From: a virus
IMG/VR virus record: IMGVR_UViG_3300035695_000001
Span: 1 to 64,000 of that record
Length of the DNA: 64,000 bases
Direction: 5' to 3' (one strand)
Made by a program: the position numbers and the translations under genes. Position 1 is the first letter of the stretch; each line of letters opens with the position of its first letter. A model generated the notes under the pieces. The model ran no database searches. It was not told where the DNA came from and saw only the letters and a program-made list of their open reading frames with translations. Positions 37,699 through 45,708 of this stretch are shown here, one piece after another.

Positions 37699-38664
37699 AT
37701 GACTATCCCCATGGTCGCGCTGCTGAACGTCAAGACCATCGTCTGCCACAAGGACTGCCCGGATGGCGTAGCCAGCGCACTCATCCTGCGCGACGTCTTC
37801 CCGGACGCTCGTGTCTGCTTCGTCCAGCATGGGACGGCGGAGTTGTGTGACTTCCCCGCCGAGCCAGGCCAACTCTGGTGCGACATCGTCCCGCCACGCG
37901 ATCGCGCCCAGAGTTTCGTCACGGCCGGCGCCATCGTGCTCGACCACCACAAGGGCGCAGCCTACATCGTGGCCCTGTTCGGGGACCGCGGGGTCTTCGC
38001 CGACGAGAATGCCGAGCCTGGGGTGAGCGGGGCCATGCTCGCCTTCCGTGAGGTGTGGCGGCGCGTGTGCCAGCCCTCCGCGACCGAGAGCGAGTGGATG
38101 GTGGTCCAGGACTTCGCAACCCTCGCCGGCATCCGGGACACCTGGCAGCGCCAGAGCCCGCGCTGGGAGGATGCGTGCGCCCAGGCTGCCGCGCTCCGCT
38201 TCTGGCCCGTCGGCGACATCCTCCGCCCGCTGCCCGACGGCAGGACCGACTGGCCCAACGTCGCCCGCAAGATGGAGATCGGCCCGGTGCTCATCGCCAA
38301 GGACAGAGAGCGCGACGACAGGACCATCTCGGAGGCGCTGCGCTTCGAGGAAGGTGGCGTCCGCGTCCTCTGCTTCGAGGGGCACCACACCTCAGACATC
38401 TCCGATCGCCTCTGGGCTGAGATCGACCTCGTCATGGGCTGGCGGTACTACGTCGATGCCGGCGCGCCCAAAGTCGCTTTCTCGCTCCGGTCGCGCGGTG
38501 GGTTCTCCGCGGCCGACTTCGCCAAGCGCTTCGGTGGCGGTGGGCACACACAGGCGGCTGGGTTCACGCTCGACCTCCCTAGCGTCAGGGTCCCGCCCCT
38601 CTCAGCCGACCCGTACTCGGCCGCCGTCGACCTTCTGCGTCTCCATCTCGCTGGGGGCCGCTGA
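37699..38664 (+). CDS. DHH/DHHA1 phosphoesterase
   Basis: HxxCPDG, CDI, LDHHK, SLRS and GGGHTQAAGF motifs. Confidence 0.9.
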   Translation: MTIPMVALLNVKTIVCHKDCPDGVASALILRDVFPDARVCFVQHGTAELCDFPAEPGQLWCDIVPPRDRAQSFVTAGAIVLDHHKGAAYIVALFGDRGVFADENAEPGVSGAMLAFREVWRRVCQPSATESEWMVVQDFATLAGIRDTWQRQSPRWEDACAQAAALRFWPVGDILRPLPDGRTDWPNVARKMEIGPVLIAKDRERDDRTISEALRFEEGGVRVLCFEGHHTSDISDRLWAEIDLVMGWRYYVDAGAPKVAFSLRSRGGFSAADFAKRFGGGGHTQAAGFTLDLPSVRVPPLSADPYSAAVDLLRLHLAGGR

Positions 38665-38850
38665 AGCGGCCTTACGCCTCCGTGCCTCGACCCCTAGCCG
38701 GCTGATCCGCTGGTAGTGCGCTCGTCCCTTCCGCTTCGTCGCAGCCCCACCAGCCTGGCGTCCACGCTCCGCCTCGTCCGGGTAGAAGGCAGGCTCGTCC
38801 GACGCGAGGATCTGGGCCGCCCGCACCCGTCCCCCTTTCTCCTTCTTCAA
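38602..38850 (-). CDS. KGG/stress-induced-repeat-like small basic protein
   Basis: TTG overlaps the GH25 stop; KGG...FY...AGG...GRAHYQRISRLG. Confidence 0.4.
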   Translation of the reverse strand: MKKEKGGRVRAAQILASDEPAFYPDEAERGRQAGGAATKRKGRAHYQRISRLGVEARRRKAASAAPSEMETQKVDGGRVRVG

Positions 38851-39521
38851 GACGCTGCCCCGCCATGGCAAGCGATCGGGATCTCCCGGAACCGGCTCAA
38901 GTCCACGCTGGCCCCGACCCCGGCGACGCGGCCGTGCCCGGTGAACTGCCACCCCACTACCTGCGGGTCCTCGCCCCACGCTCCCCATGGCTTGCAGACG
39001 GCTGGGGCGAGCGACGAGTAGGACGCCACCCAGAGCCGGTACCTCGTCAACTCTTGGTGGGCCGCCATGCCCATGCCCGCCGAGACCCAGGCCGCCGAGT
39101 AGAGGATGGGCGGCTCGCCGACGTCCTGCTCGACCAGGGCCAGGAACTTGAGCAGCGCACCGACGGTGGGGAACTTCCCCTGCGACCCGACGGAGCGCTC
39201 CACGTCCACCATCGGCACCAGCATCGGCCCGTCCCACCCGTCGTCGGCGATGTGGAGCTGCCGGAGGAAGTTGTCCGCCTGCGCCTCGGGTTCGGAGAAG
39301 GGCGAGTAGAAGTGGTAGCCCCGCACCGGGATCCCGACCACCCGAGCCGCCTTGACGTTGGCGATCCCGTTGGTGGTGACCGACCCAGGCCCAGCAGCCC
39401 CCTCGCTCAACTTGACCCACGCCGCGTCCACCTTGGGGACGTTGGCGGCGACGAGGGACCAGTCGGGGAGGCCCTGGCTCGGGCCGGTGTCCAGGATCAG
39501 GTGCGGTGCTTCGACGGGCAT
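38847..39521 (-). CDS. GH25 muramidase (endolysin)
   Basis: KLSEG, GYHF, QADNF, DVE, LWVASY and WQFT..G.V.G...VDL motifs. Confidence 0.92.
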   Translation of the reverse strand: MPVEAPHLILDTGPSQGLPDWSLVAANVPKVDAAWVKLSEGAAGPGSVTTNGIANVKAARVVGIPVRGYHFYSPFSEPEAQADNFLRQLHIADDGWDGPMLVPMVDVERSVGSQGKFPTVGALLKFLALVEQDVGEPPILYSAAWVSAGMGMAAHQELTRYRLWVASYSSLAPAVCKPWGAWGEDPQVVGWQFTGHGRVAGVGASVDLSRFREIPIACHGGAAS

Positions 39522-39539
39522 GCCGTCGAGCCTACCTCA

Positions 39540-40133
39540 TCATGGGAGGCTGTCGCGTACCAGGACGCAAGTGCTGCCGTAGTCTCTATGGCCGCGGTTG
39601 TGGGGAAACCCGGTGCCCTGCTGGATGAAGCCTGGCCCGTGCCTTGACGGGTCGTAGATCCCGACGTTCGGCACCCACCAGCCAGTCAAGCCAGCCAGCC
39701 CCGGAGGTGGTGGCCCTCGCCAGTGCTTGCCGGCGTTGGCGATCGGCCTGTCCCCGAGGTCCCCCAGCGCCGTGATGGCGGCGATGACGTGGGCGTCGTG
39801 CCGGTCGCACCAGTCCCTGCTCGACATCCTGGCGTCCCCTGGTACGCACCTCTGTGCCCGGAGGAAGGCGTCTGGGAGTGGGTACGCCTCCAACTCGGTG
39901 CCGGCCGCAGATGCGACCTCGTGGAGCAGTAGGATCTCCGCCGTCGTCGGGAGCCTCGCCCCGAGCCTCTCGGCGATGGCCAGTGCCTCGTCTGTGCTCA
40001 GGTGGGCGAGCCCTGGCCCGTTCGGCACGGGGTCCAGGAGCGGCGTTTGCGTGACCCACACCGACCCGAGCGGCACCCACGACGGGACGACGACGGCCTC
40101 GATGGGGGTAGCGTAAACGTCGGCCATGCTCAC
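39540..40133 (-). CDS. hypothetical protein (FGE/C-lectin-like RLPT motif), lysis-associated
   Basis: ALAIAERLGARLPT, GKHW, GW, IQ and H..DY motifs. Confidence 0.55.
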   Translation of the reverse strand: MSMADVYATPIEAVVVPSWVPLGSVWVTQTPLLDPVPNGPGLAHLSTDEALAIAERLGARLPTTAEILLLHEVASAAGTELEAYPLPDAFLRAQRCVPGDARMSSRDWCDRHDAHVIAAITALGDLGDRPIANAGKHWRGPPPPGLAGLTGWWVPNVGIYDPSRHGPGFIQQGTGFPHNRGHRDYGSTCVLVRDSLP

Positions 40134-40747
40134 TCCGTCGCGGCGAACGCGCCCCGGCGGATCTGGACGAGGGGCTCCGACGCTTGCTCATGGAACTGGC
40201 AGGACGAGGCCACGTAGGTGCGGCACGTCGTCGGGCGCTTGTCGTACACCGTACAGGCGCTCGTCGATGGGTCGAGGAAGAGACAGCGGGGCCCGGTCTC
40301 CGTCGCCCCCTCTGGCCTGGCGGTGCCCTCGCCCGTCCACGGGACGAGGCGGATGTTGCCCACGAACCCGTCGATCCGTGGTCCCTCCGGGTAGAAGTCC
40401 ACGCCCCGCTCGGCGTCCTCCCGCCCGAGCCTCACCACGTCGTCGGCGTCGATCTGGACCTTGGTGTAGACCCCGCCACAGCAGGCGCTGGTGCAGCCCA
40501 CGCACTTGGGCTCACCCTTGAGGCTCTCGCGCTCCCGCACGTACCGGAGCCCCGCCTTGGCCAGGATGTTGAGGGCCTCCCGCATGTACTCGGGGAGCCT
40601 CTCGTCGATGGGGACGACCTCCTCGTAGAGGGTTGGGTTGGCCCCCTCCCCCACGGGGACGTGCAGGGTGACGGTGGCGGTGAGCGCCGTCGCGTCGAGG
40701 AGGATCGAGGAGAGCCAGCGGGGCTGAGCGTCGCGTAGGTCGGCCAT
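40130..40747 (-). CDS. YkgJ-family CxxCxxCC cysteine-cluster protein
   Basis: CVGCTSACC, CLFLD and CTVYDKRPTTCRTY motifs. Confidence 0.85.
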   Translation of the reverse strand: MADLRDAQPRWLSSILLDATALTATVTLHVPVGEGANPTLYEEVVPIDERLPEYMREALNILAKAGLRYVRERESLKGEPKCVGCTSACCGGVYTKVQIDADDVVRLGREDAERGVDFYPEGPRIDGFVGNIRLVPWTGEGTARPEGATETGPRCLFLDPSTSACTVYDKRPTTCRTYVASSCQFHEQASEPLVQIRRGAFAATE

Positions 40748-40760
40748 GGCCCAGCCTACC

Positions 40761-41069
40761 TCAGCGCGGAGCCTCGCAGGCATCGACGGCCTGGCACGAC
40801 GTCGCCGAGGCCCGGCAGTCCATGTTGAGGCGGAGCATCCCCGAAGCGATGGCGTTGGTGAGCACGACCTCGCACGGCACCCCGGCGGGGGTCGGCTTGC
40901 CACCCTCGCAGCCGAGGATCCGGTAGTGCTCACAGACCGCGGCGACGCTGGCCTGGGGAGCGTCGCGCAACGGGGCGGGAGCCGTCGTCGACTGGTTGGA
41001 CGATGAGGACCGGCCTGACGAGCACGCCTCGATGACCAGCGCAGAGGCGAGGAGGATGGCGGGCTTCAC
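40761..41069 (-). CDS. small lipoprotein (o-spanin-like candidate)
   Basis: Hydrophobic leader and IEAC lipobox; Cys-rich. Confidence 0.6.
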   Translation of the reverse strand: MKPAILLASALVIEACSSGRSSSSNQSTTAPAPLRDAPQASVAAVCEHYRILGCEGGKPTPAGVPCEVVLTNAIASGMLRLNMDCRASATSCQAVDACEAPR

Positions 41070-41932
41070 GACGCGGTCTCCTGGGCGGGCGCCCGGTTCA
41101 CGAGCCATAGGTCACCCGAGCGCATCCAGCCCTCGCTCATCCAGAACCTGCCCCCGTCGGCGAAGCCCTGGCCCCAGGAGTTCCTGACCCGGTACCAGCG
41201 CTGTGCGGTCCCGTTCACGGTGACGACCCGCCGGCCGACCACCACCATGGCGTGCCCGCCAGAAGCCTTCGCGGGGAGGTCCACCGGCTGGCTCGGGTCG
41301 AACTGGCCGGCGCAGAAGGCGTCGTCCACGTCGACGCCGATGCAGACGGGGTGCCCGGCCGCCAGCGCCGCGTCCACGTTGTCGCCGAGGTCCCCGGCCA
41401 CGTCGTCGATCACCTGGGCTTCCAGCTCGCCGTCCGTCGAGCGCCGGTCGTACGCCTCGCGCACCACCTCGGCGGGAGGCTCGCTCCGGAACTGGTCGGT
41501 GGGCAGCCCGTCCCCGTCCGGTGCGCCGCTCTTGGACTGGTAGGGCCACGCCGCCTCGGGCGGGATCCCGACCTTGGCCGCCATCGTGAAGATGGACCGG
41601 AACGTGGTCCCCGCGTCTCGGTCGAGCGTGCCGTCCACCGCCCTGCCACAGCGGTACAGCCACTGGCGGCTCCCCATCACGGCGTTGGGGTTGCCCCGCA
41701 GCGCCTCGATGATGTCGGCCTCGGCGGCAGAATGGCCCCCGCAGGATCCCTCCGCCTCCTGGTTCAGGATCGGCACGCTGGCGTCGGTGGCGATGAGGAT
41801 GTCGCCGGGGAGGTTGACGCCTGGACTGGCGGTGAAGGAGCGGAAGCCGCGCCCCGCTGCCCGCAGCGGGTCCCTGAAGAACCCGAGCAGGATCGGCTTG
41901 CCGAGGTGGCCATGGACGAGCGGGGGGCTCAC
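41066..41932 (-). CDS. C1 (papain-family) cysteine peptidase
   Basis: NQ...GSCGGH, GGHAMVVVG and RNSWG...GRFWM motifs. Confidence 0.9.
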   Translation of the reverse strand: MSPPLVHGHLGKPILLGFFRDPLRAAGRGFRSFTASPGVNLPGDILIATDASVPILNQEAEGSCGGHSAAEADIIEALRGNPNAVMGSRQWLYRCGRAVDGTLDRDAGTTFRSIFTMAAKVGIPPEAAWPYQSKSGAPDGDGLPTDQFRSEPPAEVVREAYDRRSTDGELEAQVIDDVAGDLGDNVDAALAAGHPVCIGVDVDDAFCAGQFDPSQPVDLPAKASGGHAMVVVGRRVVTVNGTAQRWYRVRNSWGQGFADGGRFWMSEGWMRSGDLWLVNRAPAQETAS

Positions 41933-42435
41933 TTGCGGGCCGCCCGGACCGCCAGTGGGGTCGGGACGACCAGCCGCGGGGCCTGGGTCGCCATCAGCGC
42001 GCCGCTCCCCCCGTCGGCCGGCGTCGAGGCGGTCGGCTGGGCGGACACGATCCCGAGCGGGCCGAGCAGCGCCATCATCTCGGAGTACGCCTGCGCGAAG
42101 GAGGCGAACGCCGCCGCCATCTGGCCCTGCGTCGCGTGCTCCACCCCGGCCAGGCCCTGCTCCCCGAGCACGAGCGCCCCCTGGGCCTTGGCGATGGCCG
42201 CCTCGATCTCCGCCTGCTTGGTCGGGTTCGGCGAGGCTCGGAAGTAGGAGGCTACCCCCTGCGAGATCATGCCCAGGATGGCGACCGCGTCGCTCACCAC
42301 CTCGGAGACCGTGGGCAGGGCGGCGACGAGGGCCGCGCACCCAGTCGAAGAGACGAACGCGATGGGCGCGACGAAGAACGGGGCCGCGACGATCGTTCCC
42401 ACGCCGCAGCAACGTAGGACGCGGCGGGCAAGCAT
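41929..42435 (-). CDS. helical lipoprotein-like protein
   Basis: Hydrophobic leader ending STGC; start may be 42435 or 42474. Confidence 0.6.
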   Translation of the reverse strand: MLARRVLRCCGVGTIVAAPFFVAPIAFVSSTGCAALVAALPTVSEVVSDAVAILGMISQGVASYFRASPNPTKQAEIEAAIAKAQGALVLGEQGLAGVEHATQGQMAAAFASFAQAYSEMMALLGPLGIVSAQPTASTPADGGSGALMATQAPRLVVPTPLAVRAARK

Positions 42436-42523
42436 CTGCTCCAGGTGCTTCCAGACGGACAGGGGGCGACGCATCAGAGAACCTCTCTGGCCTGCGAGCG
42501 ACCCGACGCCTTACCCGTGGAGA

Positions 42524-42553
42524 AGCCTACCCCGTGCTTGGGGCGGTGTGCAA
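42524..42553 (-). promoter_or_regulatory. sigma70-like promoter for the lysis operon
   Basis: TTGCAC-N18-TAGGCT on the minus strand. Confidence 0.5.
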
Positions 42554-42569
42554 GGTGTGGCTTGGGGGG

Positions 42570-42601
42570 AGGAGGAGAGGCCGGGCCAGTAGAGCCCGGC
42601 C
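42570..42601 (-). terminator. GC hairpin after the 844-aa gene
   Basis: GGCCGGGC/GCCCGGCC stem followed by a pyrimidine tract (no U run). Confidence 0.35.
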
Positions 42602-42610
42602 GGGGGCTGG

Positions 42611-45145
42611 TCAGGCGGGCTTGTAGAGGTCGTTGAGGAGGGCCATGTAGGCTTGGTAGCGCTTGTCCGCCATCTGCCTCGATGCCACGGTTGGCCACTC
42701 GCCTCCGTAGTCGACGCTGGCCTTCTCCAGCGGCTTGAGGAGCGCCCACGCTTCGGCCAGTGCCTTGCCTCGGGCCTCCCCCATCTCTTGCGGAGCGTCC
42801 GGATTGGCGGCCAGGAACGCCGGCATGCGCCTGGCGATGTCCCGGCCAGGCATTCCGCTGGCCTTGTACTCGGCCTGCCATGTCGGGTCGTTCTGGATCC
42901 CACCGACAGGTTTGAACTCCCACACGACTTCGTGCCCCTTGGGCGCTGGCAGCGATGCCGTCTCCCGGTCGTCCGTCGCCTCGATGACTCGATCGCCTTC
43001 GGTCCACGCGACGACGGCGCTCACCATGGGCTTCTCGGTCTCCCACGTCACTGATGCCACGATGCCGCCGGTCGGATCCCCGTGCTTGGCGTGCCACCGG
43101 GAGACCCTCGCAGACGTCTTGCCCAGGATGGGGTGGACGAAGTCGCCCAACTTGCCGTCCATGATCTCGGCCTTGAACGACTCCCAGTAATCGGGGAACC
43201 AGCGGGCGAACCCCTTGGGCGGGATCGCGACGTGCGAGTTGAGGAAGGCGCACTCCACAGTCCAGGAAGCGCACTTCCCTGGCTGCACGGTCGTGTCGAC
43301 GATGGTGCCGAGGAGCGGCTTCCCGCGCCAGGACATCGCAGGCACCGCCTCACGGACCTGGCGCTCCTGCTCCAGGCGGGCGCCGGTGACGGCGGCATCC
43401 TCCTCGTCCGAGAACCGGGCCGGGTCCCCCTCAAACATGGCAGAGAGGCCGGTGATCTTGCCGTCCTCCGAGACGACCAGAGGTCCCGTCACGAGGTGGC
43501 ATTTCCCCTCGCACGAGGCACCGTTGCTGAGTTTCACGATGCGGTAGTCGAGCATCTCGGCGTTGAGGAACGCCTGGTCCAACGAAAAGCCGTGGCCGTC
43601 GATGGGGGCGATGTCGACGTGTTCCTTGACCTCGATCCTGCGCACGGTCGCGCCTCCTGGCGTGGTCCTGGCGAGGCAGGTGGACAGGTGAACGTTGTTC
43701 ACGCGGAGACCACCACCACCTTGGGCGGGCGAGAACAGTTCCAGGAAGAAGCGCTCGCTGAGGTTGGCGCTCGGAAACTTGGGTTCATCGGCCTGCGCCT
43801 TGGCAGCGGTTGCGAGGATGGTGTCCTCGGCCGGCGCAGAGACCGGGACGGCGATGGGCTCTGGTCGCTGGGCATGGCCCTCGACGAGTTGTGGCACGTA
43901 GGCCCGCACCTGCGCGCTGAACTCCCAAGGCATGGTGATGTTCCCGCCAGGCTTGACCTCGACGTCGATCCACGGTCGGCGGTCCGGCGCCCTGAAGAGC
44001 CTGAAGGTCACCGTGGTGTCGGTCGGATTGTGCCAGGTGCTCAGCCCACTCCGATAGAGGAGCGGGCTGGAAGGCGGCTCGGACCGGCATGGTACGACGG
44101 GCGCCGGGACGGTCTCGAAGGTCCTCGGGCACAGATGCGTGAGCGCGAGCGGGCCGCCGACGATGTCTCGGAGGATGACGTGCTGGCTCGGGTCGCGGAC
44201 CCGCATGGCGAACGTGACGTGGATGGTCACGCGGAACTGGCCGGAGACGACCCACGATTCCGGGTCCCTGTCGCCGATGCGCTGCGGCACGCCGTCGAAG
44301 ACTGCCACGCTGCACACGATCGAGCCGGACGGCGCGCTGACGCTGTACGGCTGGACGATCTCGACGCCAGCCGGGTTGATGATGGCGACGACGTCGTCGG
44401 GGCAGGACGTAGACGTAGCGCACTGGTAGCCACCGGAACGGTCTTCGACGTCGGTTCCATCGGCGAATGCCGACGCGGGCAACCCCTTGCCGATCTGGTA
44501 GCGCTCCGCGGTCCCCTTGCTGGCGACGATGAGGTAAGGGCGGCCCACGGTCCTGGCGACCGACGTCTGGTCCTTTGCAGCCTCGACGAGACCCGCCGTG
44601 AGCGCACGCCGCTGGCCGCCGTTCCCCATCGCGGTCCCGGCCCATTCACGGTAGGTGCTCCGACTGATCCCGGCGTAGGCACCGCCAGGCTCGATGGCAC
44701 CGCCGAACAGGCCGACCGCCGTCACGTTGCCTTTGTCGTCGACCCCGTACCCAGTGAGCACCTGGGCTTCGATCTTCTCGGCCATCGCCCTGAGCGCCGC
44801 CGTGACAGTTTCGCGGAAGATGGCCTCCATGACGGCGGGCGCATAGCCAGAAGCCTTTGCCTTCAGCGCGTCGGGAACAGAGACCGTAATGGGCTCGCTG
44901 CGAACCTGCGCGAAGCAGAGGGCCGCAGGGACGGTGGGGTTGAAGGCGTACGCCGAGGACCAGGACATGGTCGGGAAGACGACGTCCCAGTGGCAGTTCT
45001 TCCCAGACTCTTGGACGATGGGAAGCGCGGCGAGCAGGCTGTCGCTTCCGAGCAGGTGGCCGCTCAGGCTCCACTTGAAGGAGTCTGACAGGGCCGAGGC
45101 GAGCGCGATGGCGTCGTCGGTCGTAATCTCGTTCGTGGTATCCAT
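42611..45145 (-). CDS. multi-module fusion of degenerate virion-protein domains (capsid-like, tube-like, Mu gp43-like)
   Basis: aa 630-675 is 28/46 identical to aa 62-107 of the protein at 60121-61077; aa 1-330 resembles an HK97-fold major capsid protein. Confidence 0.75.
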   Translation of the reverse strand: MDTTNEITTDDAIALASALSDSFKWSLSGHLLGSDSLLAALPIVQESGKNCHWDVVFPTMSWSSAYAFNPTVPAALCFAQVRSEPITVSVPDALKAKASGYAPAVMEAIFRETVTAALRAMAEKIEAQVLTGYGVDDKGNVTAVGLFGGAIEPGGAYAGISRSTYREWAGTAMGNGGQRRALTAGLVEAAKDQTSVARTVGRPYLIVASKGTAERYQIGKGLPASAFADGTDVEDRSGGYQCATSTSCPDDVVAIINPAGVEIVQPYSVSAPSGSIVCSVAVFDGVPQRIGDRDPESWVVSGQFRVTIHVTFAMRVRDPSQHVILRDIVGGPLALTHLCPRTFETVPAPVVPCRSEPPSSPLLYRSGLSTWHNPTDTTVTFRLFRAPDRRPWIDVEVKPGGNITMPWEFSAQVRAYVPQLVEGHAQRPEPIAVPVSAPAEDTILATAAKAQADEPKFPSANLSERFFLELFSPAQGGGGLRVNNVHLSTCLARTTPGGATVRRIEVKEHVDIAPIDGHGFSLDQAFLNAEMLDYRIVKLSNGASCEGKCHLVTGPLVVSEDGKITGLSAMFEGDPARFSDEEDAAVTGARLEQERQVREAVPAMSWRGKPLLGTIVDTTVQPGKCASWTVECAFLNSHVAIPPKGFARWFPDYWESFKAEIMDGKLGDFVHPILGKTSARVSRWHAKHGDPTGGIVASVTWETEKPMVSAVVAWTEGDRVIEATDDRETASLPAPKGHEVVWEFKPVGGIQNDPTWQAEYKASGMPGRDIARRMPAFLAANPDAPQEMGEARGKALAEAWALLKPLEKASVDYGGEWPTVASRQMADKRYQAYMALLNDLYKPA

Positions 45146-45244
45146 CTCGTAGGGCCCTCACACGGCCCGCGGGCTCGGTTGTGGCGGGGGTTCGTCCCCG
45201 CCGGCACCGGGCCTGCTCTTCTTCTACGCCTAGGTCGGAGGAAC

Positions 45245-45277
45245 TGTCTAGCAGTGCCGCCCGGGTCGTGCTAGACA
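45245..45277. promoter_or_regulatory. Operator pair TGTCTAGCA-N15-TGCTAGACA between divergent genes
   Basis: Exact motif pair. Confidence 0.75.
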
Positions 45278-45324
45278 CTGGTTCGGAGGACGGATGGCGC
45301 TGCTACAGCGCTCGGAGGTAAGCC

Positions 45325-45708
45325 ATGGCAGAAGACGACCCCATCGTGGACCCGTACGACGCGCCGCCGGACAGCGAGCCGGTGACGGAAGAAGACCTCG
45401 CGCGCATTGCTGGAACTAGGTTGGCGATCGAGCGCGGCGAGACCATCTCGACCGAGGAATTGCAACGTCGACTGGATGCTGAGTTCCACGTCCGCTTGAC
45501 GGTCAAGTTCGACCGAGAGGAAGACGGGCGCTGGATCGGCGACGTGCCTGAGTTCCATGGTTGCCACGTCTACGGTGCCAACAGAAACGAGGCGCGCGTC
45601 AAGGTCAAGGCGCTGGCCCTCCGCGTCCTCGCCGACCGCATGGAGCACGGGGAGGCCGCGGCCCCAGAAACGATCACGTTCACGACCGAAGGGAACGACG
45701 AGGAATGA
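45325..45708 (+). CDS. orphan HicB-like antitoxin with extra N-terminal antitoxin-like segment
   Basis: DREEDGRWIGDVPEFHGCHVYG..RNEA..KVKALALRVLADRMEHGE; no hicA nearby. Confidence 0.8.
   Translation: MAEDDPIVDPYDAPPDSEPVTEEDLARIAGTRLAIERGETISTEELQRRLDAEFHVRLTVKFDREEDGRWIGDVPEFHGCHVYGANRNEARVKVKALALRVLADRMEHGEAAAPETITFTTEGNDEE

Noticed and set aside
43031-43350. Similarity to 60750-60900 as a DGR template/variable repeat pair
   Set aside because: No reverse transcriptase is present, differences are not adenine-specific, and conservation is at the protein level.
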